DNA of 64,000 nucleotides from an uncultured Gammaproteobacteria bacterium (GTDB lineage Bacteria; Patescibacteriota; Microgenomatia; CAYXHB01; CAZYTL01), in contig CAZYTL010000001.1 of the NCBI GenBank assembly GCA_964650355.1, positions 4,018 to 68,017 on the forward strand, written 5' to 3'. Numbering within the stretch: position 1 is the stretch's first letter; each line of letters opens with the position of its first letter. Shown here in pieces: positions 29,201-39,611 of this stretch. The notes beneath the pieces are model-generated. The model searched no databases. It had not been told where the DNA came from and was given only the letters and a program-made list of their open reading frames with translations. A program made the translations under genes and the position numbers.

Positions 29201-30763
29201 TTACAGAAACTGAGAGGTATCAGCATACATATTCATAATTGGTTTTTTGCTTGCCTTGTGCTTTTTCTCCTCCTCAACATTTACAAAATTAATCAAATAA
29301 ATAATTGCTGCCTTGGTGAGGCACATAAGATTAATTGTCTCTTGGAAGAGAGTATCAGAATCAATGTTGTGCTTATCTGTTTCATCATCAACGCTTGTTA
29401 TTAATGAATCGAAGACTATTAGTCGTCTGTGGGTAAGTGCATTTCTGATTTGTTTTATCTTTTGATATCTATTGAGTTTGAAATCCCGGTATATGTCATA
29501 TAAAGCATAAAGGCTTAAATTATCAGAATTGAGTATTTCTTTCCTGATAACTTCTTTATGTTCCCAGACTGAGGCTGTGGAAAAGTAGATATTATTTTCC
29601 TTAAGCCTCAGATCGTAATAGTCGTTAATAAATACAGCAATTTTGTCCAATATATTGAAAGCATCCTTAAATGCCGATTTTAATAGACCTACATAAAGAT
29701 TGAATTGTGAGTAGTCCAGGGCGTATACATAGCTGGTTCTCTTGCTAATACTGTCGAAAGTCTTTTGTTTGTATTGAGATTGAACCAGATTGAGCCTGGC
29801 TACTGCGTAATCTTCTTTAATTTGATTGAGTTGTTTGGCGAAATTATAGAATGTGTCGTTGTCGTCAATTTTTGTGATCAGCCTGATAAATACTGGGTCC
29901 TCAATTGCGGCTTCACAAAAATCATCATGGATATGGAAATTGAGAAATAGCTTTTCCCTGCTGCAGAAATCTAAGTAATACTGTTCGAATTTAGTCAACC
30001 CTTTTGTTTTATATTTGGGATGCTTGATACTTTTCTTAAGTAATGATTTATCTTGAAAAAGAGATTCGATGTAATCAAGTTCGCGCTCGAAAGCTTTTTT
30101 AGCATCAGTACCTCCAACTTGTACCAGCTTCGGATCGTCTAAAACTGATTTGATATCTTGGTAAGCGGTTACATATATTGAAGCCCGATATTTGTCAGAG
30201 ATATCAGCAAATGCCCGAAGTGCTTTGGCTCTGTTTGCTACTGCCATTGGGAAGTTTTTGTTCAAGTCGAGCGCTTCGTTGTAGGCAGTTATGGCTTCAA
30301 TCCCTCGACCTAATGTGTCTAAACAGTTGCCTAGATTAACTAACACTTGTGTCTTTAGGTTTGGGTCATCAAATTCATTATTTGTCGCTTGAATTAAATG
30401 TTGTTTGGCTTGTAATAGATTTGTACTTTGCGGTATTGTGCGATCTACAGCGCCACCCATTCTTTCTGTAAGCTGATATAAACTTGTATACCCATTTGCC
30501 AGACAATAGTGAAGGTAAGCCTTCGTCTTGCCATTCTTTGTTTGTATTAGTGTGGATTCACCAAAATCAATACCTTCTCTTATGATATTTTCGTCCCTGA
30601 GATCGTTTCCTATATCAACTAAAAAGCCAGGTTTATAAAATATCAGTCTCTTGTCATCAGGGTTTTCCTTTTCGAATTCAGTTAATTTTTCAAGTGCCTT
30701 TTTTGCTTCTCCTGAATTGATAAGTAGTGAGATTGTTTGGAATGAGAGAGTCTTTTTATCCAT
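29201..30763 (-). CDS. TPR plus HEPN (LA2681-like) protein, putative defence RNase
   Basis: TPR-like helices (NLGNCLDTLGRGIEAI); LNQIKEDYAVAR; HEPN motif RNALTH. Confidence 0.8.
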   Translation of the reverse strand: MDKKTLSFQTISLLINSGEAKKALEKLTEFEKENPDDKRLIFYKPGFLVDIGNDLRDENIIREGIDFGESTLIQTKNGKTKAYLHYCLANGYTSLYQLTERMGGAVDRTIPQSTNLLQAKQHLIQATNNEFDDPNLKTQVLVNLGNCLDTLGRGIEAITAYNEALDLNKNFPMAVANRAKALRAFADISDKYRASIYVTAYQDIKSVLDDPKLVQVGGTDAKKAFERELDYIESLFQDKSLLKKSIKHPKYKTKGLTKFEQYYLDFCSREKLFLNFHIHDDFCEAAIEDPVFIRLITKIDDNDTFYNFAKQLNQIKEDYAVARLNLVQSQYKQKTFDSISKRTSYVYALDYSQFNLYVGLLKSAFKDAFNILDKIAVFINDYYDLRLKENNIYFSTASVWEHKEVIRKEILNSDNLSLYALYDIYRDFKLNRYQKIKQIRNALTHRRLIVFDSLITSVDDETDKHNIDSDTLFQETINLMCLTKAAIIYLINFVNVEEEKKHKASKKPIMNMYADTSQFL

Positions 30764-30764
30764 G

Positions 30765-31016
30765 TTATTTATTCAGGCTTTTATAGCAATCATTTGTAAA
30801 CTTAGTTTCATCATCGATTAGCTTCTTCCAAGAGTCAGAGCCAAAATCGGTTATCCCCAACTCTTTTTTACCAATTTCAAGATAAGCCCCACCAAGTTCT
30901 GCACAGTTGGTGGGTTTGGAGCCAATGCCAATTTTGTAGCCAACAAACAGACAAATAACTGAAAATACAAAGGCCAGTAATATTATCACTGGGAGTTTTA
31001 CTTTTCTTACCTTCAT
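30765..31016 (-). CDS. small membrane-anchored protein
   Basis: N-terminal TM helix; TATAAT 6 nt before the ATG suggests a leaderless mRNA. Confidence 0.6.
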   Translation of the reverse strand: MKVRKVKLPVIILLAFVFSVICLFVGYKIGIGSKPTNCAELGGAYLEIGKKELGITDFGSDSWKKLIDDETKFTNDCYKSLNK

Positions 31017-31059
31017 AACTCAATTATATTCACTCAAGGTGAGAAATCAAAGACAATCG

Positions 31060-32949
31060 CTAGTTAGTAAGCATCTTTCCTAGTCCAGGAATTTTTCCGA
31101 TTAGTTGTCGAATTTTGTTCTTATTCGCTACTAGTGGCTCATTGGTCGTTTCTTTCTGTAAAGTGCCGTTAGAAGGCGACACAGGGGCTACAACTTCTGC
31201 CTCTGTTGATGTTTCATCTGATTTTTCCTGTTTTTCCGTTATTTCCGGACCAAGTAGAATATCGACATACTGGTCAAGGTCTAACTCTTCCAAAATCATC
31301 TTTTGCAAAGCTCGCTTACGAATCAGCCACTGCTTTATACCAATTGGGTCACTTGGGTCCGGCTTGTCCTGGGCAATGAATTTGTCATATAGCAACAATA
31401 TCTGGTTGAGTCTTGCTTGTTTGTCAGGCGGAATTACTGGCTCAACTTCGACAATTGCATCTACGCTAACTTTTTTATCTTCAGATTTAAATTCCTTAAA
31501 ATCAACATTATTTCCTACTATCCTGTAGAGCTTATCCTCGCTGAGGAACTCTCTATTTAACTGGATGAGGATATTAGCCACAGTAGTTAAAGCGTTTGAA
31601 ATATTTTGAGCATTTATGCTTAACCGTAGGTTGCTTTGACCAAGGAGCATTGCAACTTTCCCTAGTGGTTCGCTGGACGACTTTGGTAGCCCCTGCAAAT
31701 ATTCACCTAGCGCCAGAGTCCTCGATATCTCATCTCGCAGCATCTTATCTTCGTTGAGCCCCATCAAACTTATTTCTGGAGGTCGCTCAATAACCACATC
31801 ATCCATTTTTCTGAGCTCCCAAACAGCTCCAGGAGAGAAAATAATGTCATTCTTGGTGATGCCGGTATCTTTACGGATCTTAACTACTGGATCTAGCATC
31901 AGAATTACATCATCCATGCGTTGGTTACGCAGGTCAGCAATCTCCATAATGGTACTTTCAACAGGCTCAACATGACCGGTTGCCCAGAATTCCCAGAGAA
32001 GAGACATATCTGGCAAATCAACAAAGATGTGTCCATTGTTGATATCCAAGTATGGGTTCTCGTCATCCCTAATTACCACTTCACCATTGGCAATAACTAC
32101 CAGTTCATCTTCCTCATAGTCCCAACATTCCCATAACTCCAGTTGCTTCTCTTGATCACTTTTTACAGGCAGGACTTTTTGTTCACCGGTGTCGGCTTTC
32201 TTAAGATCGCCATCAATCTGAGACATTTTTTTGGTGTTTATTTCATATCGTTCTTTTTTCCAATCCTCAACATTCTTGGGGTTACAAAATTCAAGATTCT
32301 TGTATATATGGTTTTCTCCACGGTTTTCTTCTTCTTTTGTAATTTTTTCCTTAGTTTTAACTATCCTGTGGATTAGCCAAGGGCACCCATCCTGCAGATC
32401 CTCTGTTTCTGGTGCCGGCAGGAAGTCCCACAAGTCGCATAGAATCATGGTTGGATCGTCATATAAGACTTTGAATGTTTCATCCGATTTTTTCCTGCTT
32501 TGAACTTTCCAGGCTAATTTAACAATTCCGTTTCCATACAATACTGATGACTCAATCCAGTGGGGAAGCTTTTTGGCTAGTTCAATAATGTCAAAGTCAT
32601 AGTTGACCAAGTCATCCCAAGAAGATAATGCTCTTGACTCTACATCTCTCTTGTCTCTGGGAATGACTCGTGTTTTGCGTTTAGCAGTCGCTAGTCTAGA
32701 TACAACCGTCTTGACGATTTCAAATGCTATTGGGGGCATGAGGCGAGTGTTGTAGGCGTAGTTTTGTTTGTGCTGATAAGCCCGGTAGAGCTTATACATC
32801 CTCAGCCACTTAGCTTGGTATGGATCACGAAACTCTTTTGCCCGCTTAAATCGAGCTTTCCATTTTTTGAGGAGTTTTTCATCACGTTCCGTAGGTTCGT
32901 ATCTTTTTCCTGGTGAAATTTTTGTTTCTTTGACTTTAGGGTTTGGCAT
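31060..32949 (-). CDS. portal protein (P22-like)
   Basis: ~630 aa, YGNGIVKLAW...DFLPAP...WECW pattern. Likely ATG start at 32949, since the TTG at 32967 lies in the terminator tail. Confidence 0.85.
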   Translation of the reverse strand: MPNPKVKETKISPGKRYEPTERDEKLLKKWKARFKRAKEFRDPYQAKWLRMYKLYRAYQHKQNYAYNTRLMPPIAFEIVKTVVSRLATAKRKTRVIPRDKRDVESRALSSWDDLVNYDFDIIELAKKLPHWIESSVLYGNGIVKLAWKVQSRKKSDETFKVLYDDPTMILCDLWDFLPAPETEDLQDGCPWLIHRIVKTKEKITKEEENRGENHIYKNLEFCNPKNVEDWKKERYEINTKKMSQIDGDLKKADTGEQKVLPVKSDQEKQLELWECWDYEEDELVVIANGEVVIRDDENPYLDINNGHIFVDLPDMSLLWEFWATGHVEPVESTIMEIADLRNQRMDDVILMLDPVVKIRKDTGITKNDIIFSPGAVWELRKMDDVVIERPPEISLMGLNEDKMLRDEISRTLALGEYLQGLPKSSSEPLGKVAMLLGQSNLRLSINAQNISNALTTVANILIQLNREFLSEDKLYRIVGNNVDFKEFKSEDKKVSVDAIVEVEPVIPPDKQARLNQILLLYDKFIAQDKPDPSDPIGIKQWLIRKRALQKMILEELDLDQYVDILLGPEITEKQEKSDETSTEAEVVAPVSPSNGTLQKETTNEPLVANKNKIRQLIGKIPGLGKMLTN

Positions 32950-32964
32950 AGTAATTTTGGCCAA

Positions 32965-33035
32965 CAAAAAGGGGCTTGGGTTTTCCTACTTTCTTAAAAA
33001 ATAGAGAAACCTAAGCCCCGATAGATTCGTTAGGC
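32965..33035 (-). promoter_or_regulatory. leader antiterminator/terminator element B (ahead of the portal gene)
   Basis: GCCUAACGAAUCUAUCGGGGC overlaps a long GGGGCUU...AAGCCCC stem plus U5; same architecture as element A. Confidence 0.75.
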
Positions 33036-33203
33036 GGATTTATTTATGCCTTCAGAGTACCGATTTACCAGTCAAATGGCTAGTTGTTTAATGTCACTAT
33101 GTGTAATTACCTAGTTGAAGCTATAAAAAGCTGTTGAAATAAATCGAATTTTTTTATATCCTATTGGTATATATTGTTAAGTAAATTTATCAACAGTAAT
33201 ACT

Positions 33204-33386
33204 ATGGAAGAACTTCTAACGATAGGCGAAGCCGCTCAGATTTTGAAGGTTCATCCCAACACTTTACGTTTGTGGGATAAAAACGGCATCTTGAAAGCTG
33301 TGAGAATTGGTGTGAAAAAAACTCGCAGATACAGAAAAGAGGATATCGAGAAGTTTATTAAAGAAGGTAAAAATAATAAGGAATAA
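33204..33386 (+). CDS. MerR/excisionase-like HTH protein
   Basis: LLTIGEAAQILKVHPNTLRLWDKNG..RRY; ATG at 33204. Confidence 0.85.
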   Translation: MEELLTIGEAAQILKVHPNTLRLWDKNGILKAVRIGVKKTRRYRKEDIEKFIKEGKNNKE

Positions 33387-33391
33387 AAACT

Positions 33392-35614
33392 ATGACTCAA
33401 GCTCAAAAACAGCAACTAGAAAAACAACTTTGGGCAGTTGCCAATGTTCTTCGAGGCAAGATGAATGCTGACGAATACAAGAACTATATCTTGGGGTTTA
33501 TTTTTTACAAATATCTTTCAGAAAAACTTGCTCGATACATAGATGAGAAACTATTATCCAACGAGAAGTTTGATTTTTCCGAAATTGATGAATCTAGCAA
33601 AGATGGTCAAAAAATCATTGATGCTGTCAAGAAAGCCTGTATTGATCACTTAGGATTTTTCCTTAAACCTAAGGACCTTTTCTCTTATCTCGTAAAGAAA
33701 GGTAATGGAGAAATTAAGAGTCAAAGCACCTTTATCCTAGAAAACCTTAAAGACGTTCTTAACTCCATTGAACAAACTTCTATGGGAACAGCTAGTGAAG
33801 ATGATTTCAAAGGACTTTTTGACGACGTGGACTTAACTTCATCCAAATTAGGTAAATCGGAAAACAAGAAAAATCAAGTAATTGTGGAAGTATTGACACT
33901 ACTTGGCGCTATTGATTTTAAGCTAGAAGATTCTAAAAGTGATTTACTTGGTGATGCTTATGAATACTTGATCGGAGAATTCGCAGCCGGAGCGGGTAAA
34001 AAAGGTGGAGAGTTCTACACTCCAGCCCAAGTTTCTAGATTGCTTTCTAAGATAGTGATTCGCGGCAAGAAAAAAATTAAATCTGTTTACGATCCTACTT
34101 GTGGATCAGGCTCTCTTCTACTTCGCATAGGCGAGTATGTAGATGTAAAGGCTTATTATGGGCAAGAACTAAACCCTACAACCTACAACTTAGCTCGAAT
34201 GAACATGATCTTGCATGGAGTCCACTTTGATGATTTCAGTATTCGCCAAGGAGATACATTAACCGACGACATGCACTTAGATTTAAAGGCAGAAGCAGTT
34301 GTTGCTAATCCTCCCTTCTCAGCTGACTGGAAGGGTGATAAAGACCCAGCTTTGGTGCACGATGAGAGATATTCTCAATACGGAAGATTGGCTCCAAAAA
34401 GCAAAGCAGATTATGCTTTTGTTACGCACATGCTACATCATTTATCTGATAACGGAATAATGGCTGTGGTTTTACCTCATGGTGCGCTATTCAGGAGTGG
34501 AGCTGAAGAACAGATTCGTAAATATATAATCGAAAAACAGAATTACCTTGATGCGGTAATAGGTTTGCCACCAAATATTTTTTATGGAACAAAGAAACCT
34601 TTTGCAATATTAGTATTTAAAAAATGTAGAAGCGAAGATCAAGACATATTTTTTATTGATGGTTCAAACGAGTATGTTGTTGGAGAAAAAAAGAACCTGA
34701 TGACAGATCAAAACATTAATAAAATATTTAACATATATGAAAATCGCCAAGAAATCGATGAATTTTCTTATAGAGCAAAATTATCTGAGGTAAAGAAAAA
34801 TAATTTTGACCTTTATATTTCTCGATATGTAAAAATAATTGAAAAAGAACAAGAAATCTCAATCGCTGAGGTTGCAAAAAAACTGTATAGACTTCAAGAG
34901 CTAGAACAACCCCATCAAGAAAGAGTTAAAAAATATTGCGATAAATTAGGATGTCCGCCTCCAATTGGATCTAATACTCAACTTCTTACCGATTATAAGC
35001 GTGGTTTAATTCAGAAGCTTTTTTCAAGAGAAATTAGGTTTAGAGATAAAAAACAGAAAGATTTTCCAGATTGGACAATCTATAAACTCGAGAATGTTTT
35101 ACACGAACATGGAAAAAAAAGTACCGGAAAAGAAAAAGTGTACTCTGTTTCTGTGCATAAAGGTTTGGTTGACCAGATTGAACATCTTGGAAGAAGTTAT
35201 GCAGCTAAATCAACAAGCCACTACAATTTAGTAAAACCAGGAGATGTTGTATACACAAAAAGTCCAACTGGTGATTTCCCTCTAGGAATTATAAAACAAA
35301 GCAAAATTAGTAAGACAGTCATAGTCTCTCCGCTTTACGGAGTATTTACCCCCAAAACATTTGATTTGGGATTTATTCTAGATGCCTATTTTGAATCAAC
35401 TGCCAATACGAACAACTACCTATCACCCATTGTTCATAAAGGTGCAAAAAACACCATTGCAATTACTAACAGCACTTTTTTGTCTGGCGAACTATCACTG
35501 CCTGTTTCTGAAGAAGAAATACAAATAGTTGCAGACTTTATAAGGTCTATTGACCAGATAATTCTCTTAAAGAGCGGATCTTTTTCGCAAAATGTCAAAA
35601 GTCACGAAGTTTAA
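33392..35614 (+). CDS. hsdM: type I R-M methyltransferase HsdM fused to a single-TRD HsdS half
   Basis: GEFYTP, YDPTCGSGSLL and NPPF, then YKRGLIQKLFS, a TRD and IADFIRSID-like helix. Confidence 0.9.
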   Translation: MTQAQKQQLEKQLWAVANVLRGKMNADEYKNYILGFIFYKYLSEKLARYIDEKLLSNEKFDFSEIDESSKDGQKIIDAVKKACIDHLGFFLKPKDLFSYLVKKGNGEIKSQSTFILENLKDVLNSIEQTSMGTASEDDFKGLFDDVDLTSSKLGKSENKKNQVIVEVLTLLGAIDFKLEDSKSDLLGDAYEYLIGEFAAGAGKKGGEFYTPAQVSRLLSKIVIRGKKKIKSVYDPTCGSGSLLLRIGEYVDVKAYYGQELNPTTYNLARMNMILHGVHFDDFSIRQGDTLTDDMHLDLKAEAVVANPPFSADWKGDKDPALVHDERYSQYGRLAPKSKADYAFVTHMLHHLSDNGIMAVVLPHGALFRSGAEEQIRKYIIEKQNYLDAVIGLPPNIFYGTKKPFAILVFKKCRSEDQDIFFIDGSNEYVVGEKKNLMTDQNINKIFNIYENRQEIDEFSYRAKLSEVKKNNFDLYISRYVKIIEKEQEISIAEVAKKLYRLQELEQPHQERVKKYCDKLGCPPPIGSNTQLLTDYKRGLIQKLFSREIRFRDKKQKDFPDWTIYKLENVLHEHGKKSTGKEKVYSVSVHKGLVDQIEHLGRSYAAKSTSHYNLVKPGDVVYTKSPTGDFPLGIIKQSKISKTVIVSPLYGVFTPKTFDLGFILDAYFESTANTNNYLSPIVHKGAKNTIAITNSTFLSGELSLPVSEEEIQIVADFIRSIDQIILLKSGSFSQNVKSHEV

Positions 35615-35620
35615 ATACAT

Positions 35621-38416
35621 ATGGCACAATCAGAACTACAACTAGAAAACGAATTAATATCTCAACTTAATACATTAGGTTTTGATATTGTTTCTATTCC
35701 CAACGTTGATTCGCTTCATCAGAATTTACAATCTCAACTTGAAAAATTCAATCAAACTAAATTCTCTGATCTTGAATTCTCTCGAATTTTAAACTACTTA
35801 ACTAAGAGTGATCGTTTTCAAAAAGCAAAAACTTTGCGAGATAGATTTGCCCTAAAGCGCGATGATGAAAGCACTTTGTGGGTACGCTTTTTCAACATGG
35901 ATAAGTGGTGTAAGAACGAATATCAAGTTACACATCAGGTTACCCAAGCCGGAAGATATGAGAATCGTTACGACGTAACTTTGCTTATTAACGGTTTGCC
36001 ATTGGTTCAGATTGAACTCAAACGTCGTGGTGTTGAAATGAAAGAAGCGTTTAATCAAATTCAACGCTATCATCGTCATTCTTTCACAGGGACCCTGTTT
36101 GAATATATTCAAGTATTTGTAATTTCTAATGGCGTTAACACTAAATACTTTTCGAATAATCCTAGACAATCATTTGAACAAACATTTTTTTGGACAGATG
36201 TAAACAATAAAAAAATAACTCAACTTAATGAGTTTGCTGATGTGTTTTTAGAAAAATGCTCTTTGTCAGCAATGATCGCTGAATATATTGTTCTTCATGA
36301 ATCACTTAAGATTCCAATGATCTTACGTCCCTATCAGTATTTTGCAGTTAAAGCTATTGAACAACGAGTAAAAGAATCAGATAAAAATGGTTACATTTGG
36401 CACACCACTGGATCTGGAAAAACTTTAACCTCATATAAGGCGAGCCAGATTCTCTCTCAGCTACCGGAAATTAAGAAGGTTTTATTCGTTGTTGATCGAA
36501 AAGATTTAGACATTCAGACCACCAAAGAATTTAATTACTTCTCTGATGGCTCAGTAGATGGTACCGATAACACACGAAATTTAGTTGCTCAACTTAAAGA
36601 TCCAAATCGAAAACTCATAGTTACTACCATTCAAAAACTAGATAGGGCTGTTTCGAGAGAATCATATATTCATCAATTTGAAGCTCTCCAAAATGAAAAA
36701 CTGGTCATTATTTTTGATGAATGTCACCGAAGTCAATTTGGATTAACACATTCAAGAATTAAAGGTGCTTTAAAAAATGCTCAGTTGTTTGGTTTCACTG
36801 GTACGCCAATCTTTGCAGACAACAATGTCGGTGGTGTAACTACCAAAGATGTGTTTGGCGAGTGTCTGCACAAGTACATTATCACTCATGCCATTGATGA
36901 TAATAATGTGCTCGGTTTTGCAGTTGAGTATGTTGGTAAATATAAGAAAAAAGATCAAGATACTTTGGACGCAGATATTTTTGCTGAAACTTTAGTAGAA
37001 GGTATTAATACCAAAGAAGTTCTTGAAAGCGATGAGCGTCTAGAAAAAATTACTGAGTACATTCTTCAAGATTGGAAACGAAAAACTAAAAAAGGTAAAT
37101 TCAACGCAATTTTTGCCACAAGCAATATTAGTGTTTTGAAAAGATACTACAAGTTGTTTGCTGACCAAAAACCTGACGATTTCAAAGTAGCGACAATATT
37201 TACTTATCAAGCCAATGAAGATGATAGCTCCGACATGCTTGACGTTGATATTTTTGCTGGTGAAGGTACTACCGGTAACCAACATTCTAGAGATTTCTTA
37301 GAGTCATGCATAAAAGATTACAACACTCTCTATGGAACAAATTATTCAACTGACCGCTTCTACGACTATTATCGAGATTTACAAAAACGAATTAAAGAAA
37401 AGCAAGTTGATTTAGTTATTGTGGTGAACATGTTCCTAACAGGTTTTGATAGTCCGAGACTCAATACCTTGTTCGTAGATAAAAACCTAAGATATCACGG
37501 TCTAATCCAAGCGTACTCACGTACTAACCGTCTACTTAATTCAGACAAACCACATGGGAATATTGTTTCCTTTAGGAATCTAAAACTAGCCACTGATAAA
37601 GCATTAGCATTGTTTGGTGATGAGAACGCTAAAGAAGTTGTTTTCAAAAAACCGTATGAGATTCAGAAAAAAGAATTTGAACAAAAATTATCAGAAGTAA
37701 AGAAAAAGGTTCCTACTGTAGATTCAGTTGATGATTTGCAGGGAGAAGAAGAAAAGGCTTCATTTGTTAAAAGCTTTAGAGATCTTTTGAGAATTAAATC
37801 CTCTCTAGAAACTTTTGCTGAATTTTCATTTGATGACTTAGGTATATCTGAGCAAGAATTTTATGATTACCAAAGCAAATATCTCGACATTCATGAAGAG
37901 CGCAAAAAACACGATCCTGAAAAGGAATCTATATTAGATCAAATCGACTTTGAGCTTGAACTTACAGTAAGAGATGTTGTTGATTTTGACTATATTATTC
38001 AACTTATTGCTGGGTTGAAAGACATTAGCTCAGATGCTGTTAGAGAAAAGAAGACTGAAGAAATCTTGAAGCTATTTGACCGTGATGTAAAACTTCGCAA
38101 GAAGAAAGAGCTAATCAAGAAATTTATTGAAGAAAATCTTCCCAAGGTTGGTAAAGATGGAAACGTCGAAGAAGCCTTTGAGAAATTCTGGTCAAGTGAA
38201 AGATCTACTGCTTTAAAAGATGTGGCTCAGACTGAAAATATTCCTCTAGAAAAATTTGAACAAGTTATTGGTGAGTACTTGTATACCCAAAAACTTCCAC
38301 ATAGTCAGGACATTATTGATCTACTCCCAGAAGCTCCCAAGATCTTAGAGCGTCAAGGAATCATCGATAGGATTAAAAATGCAATTGAAAATATAGTGGA
38401 TATTTTTGAATGGTAA
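35621..38416 (+). CDS. hsdR: type I restriction endonuclease subunit R
   Basis: RYDVTLLINGLPLVQIELK, HTTGSGKT, DECH, FTGTP and QAYSRTNR. Confidence 0.95.
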   Translation: MAQSELQLENELISQLNTLGFDIVSIPNVDSLHQNLQSQLEKFNQTKFSDLEFSRILNYLTKSDRFQKAKTLRDRFALKRDDESTLWVRFFNMDKWCKNEYQVTHQVTQAGRYENRYDVTLLINGLPLVQIELKRRGVEMKEAFNQIQRYHRHSFTGTLFEYIQVFVISNGVNTKYFSNNPRQSFEQTFFWTDVNNKKITQLNEFADVFLEKCSLSAMIAEYIVLHESLKIPMILRPYQYFAVKAIEQRVKESDKNGYIWHTTGSGKTLTSYKASQILSQLPEIKKVLFVVDRKDLDIQTTKEFNYFSDGSVDGTDNTRNLVAQLKDPNRKLIVTTIQKLDRAVSRESYIHQFEALQNEKLVIIFDECHRSQFGLTHSRIKGALKNAQLFGFTGTPIFADNNVGGVTTKDVFGECLHKYIITHAIDDNNVLGFAVEYVGKYKKKDQDTLDADIFAETLVEGINTKEVLESDERLEKITEYILQDWKRKTKKGKFNAIFATSNISVLKRYYKLFADQKPDDFKVATIFTYQANEDDSSDMLDVDIFAGEGTTGNQHSRDFLESCIKDYNTLYGTNYSTDRFYDYYRDLQKRIKEKQVDLVIVVNMFLTGFDSPRLNTLFVDKNLRYHGLIQAYSRTNRLLNSDKPHGNIVSFRNLKLATDKALALFGDENAKEVVFKKPYEIQKKEFEQKLSEVKKKVPTVDSVDDLQGEEEKASFVKSFRDLLRIKSSLETFAEFSFDDLGISEQEFYDYQSKYLDIHEERKKHDPEKESILDQIDFELELTVRDVVDFDYIIQLIAGLKDISSDAVREKKTEEILKLFDRDVKLRKKKELIKKFIEENLPKVGKDGNVEEAFEKFWSSERSTALKDVAQTENIPLEKFEQVIGEYLYTQKLPHSQDIIDLLPEAPKILERQGIIDRIKNAIENIVDIFEW

Positions 38417-38426
38417 GAAAAATTTT

Positions 38427-39602
38427 ATGAAAATTATAGACGATAAATCATTAGAAGAACTTAAAAATATAGTTCAAGATTGTAATGTAAACTTTTTACT
38501 TGGTTCAGGCATGTCCATGCCCTATCTTTCTACTCTTGGGAAAATTGAACAATTTTTAACAGAACTTGCACAAAAAAAAGAAAAAGGAGAAGTAACAAAC
38601 GAACAAGAAAAGATTATTAGAGTATCTTTGTATAAAAAATTTTTTGATGGCGCAATAGTAAAGAATTTAGATGTTCTAAAAGAAAGTGTTGATGCTAAGA
38701 AGGTATTGGATAACTACGAGAATTTTTTAGTAATTCTTAATTCTATTTTACTTAATAGAAAAAGCAGCATCCTAAATAAACAATTAAATATCTTTACAAC
38801 AAATGTAGATATTTTTTTAGAAAAATCACTGGAAAATACAAACGTAGAATATAACGATGGGTTTAGTGGAAGATTTTCTCCGAAATTTAATTTAACCAAT
38901 TTTAAAAAGTCGTTTTATAAAACTAGTCTTCATTATGACAATGTTTCAGAGCTACCAGTGTTTAATTTAATGAAAATTCACGGCTCACTGACTTGGGATA
39001 AAAGAGAGAAAGAAGATATTTTGTTCTCATCCAAACTAAATATTGTCGATAAAATTAAATCTAAAACAATAACTGGAAATACACTTATTGATATTGATGA
39101 TGAAGAAACAATAGATGAACTTATTACCAAAGCCAATACTAAGACCCCAGATTCGTCAGTAGATGAATTTATAGTTGAATACGAAAAGCTTGCGATTGTA
39201 AATCCGACAAAAGAAAAATTCAGAGAAACTGTTTTAAACAGAAATTATTATGAATTACTCAGGATTTATTCAAATGAACTTGAAAAAGAAAACACAATTC
39301 TTATTGTTGCTGGATTTTCATTCGCTGATGAACATATTCGAGATGTAACAATAAGAGCCGCCAATTCAAATCCAACTTTAAAAATCTATATACTTTCCCA
39401 TTCAAGTGATGCCGACGAAGGATCATTAATAGTCAAAGATAAGTCGATAAACGGCAATGTTGAGATTGTTGTACCACCGCAAAAGCAAGATGATCCTGAA
39501 CAAGAACCAGTAGATGAGTTCAAATATAACTTAAAAAACATAAATGAAAAAATCTTTACAGAATTACTTAAAAAGATTGGTGAGAGAAAAGAAGATAAAT
39601 AA
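38427..39602 (+). CDS. SIR2-like NADase (Sir2-HerA defence system)
   Basis: FLLGSGMS, FTTNVD, KIHGSL and GFSFADEHI; ATG at 38427. Confidence 0.9.
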   Translation: MKIIDDKSLEELKNIVQDCNVNFLLGSGMSMPYLSTLGKIEQFLTELAQKKEKGEVTNEQEKIIRVSLYKKFFDGAIVKNLDVLKESVDAKKVLDNYENFLVILNSILLNRKSSILNKQLNIFTTNVDIFLEKSLENTNVEYNDGFSGRFSPKFNLTNFKKSFYKTSLHYDNVSELPVFNLMKIHGSLTWDKREKEDILFSSKLNIVDKIKSKTITGNTLIDIDDEETIDELITKANTKTPDSSVDEFIVEYEKLAIVNPTKEKFRETVLNRNYYELLRIYSNELEKENTILIVAGFSFADEHIRDVTIRAANSNPTLKIYILSHSSDADEGSLIVKDKSINGNVEIVVPPQKQDDPEQEPVDEFKYNLKNINEKIFTELLKKIGERKEDK

Positions 39603-39611
39603 TCCTAAAAC

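Noticed and set aside
33204-33386. Excisionase marking a separate integrative element
   Set aside because: No integrase lies in or next to the cassette; a regulatory role is more parsimonious.
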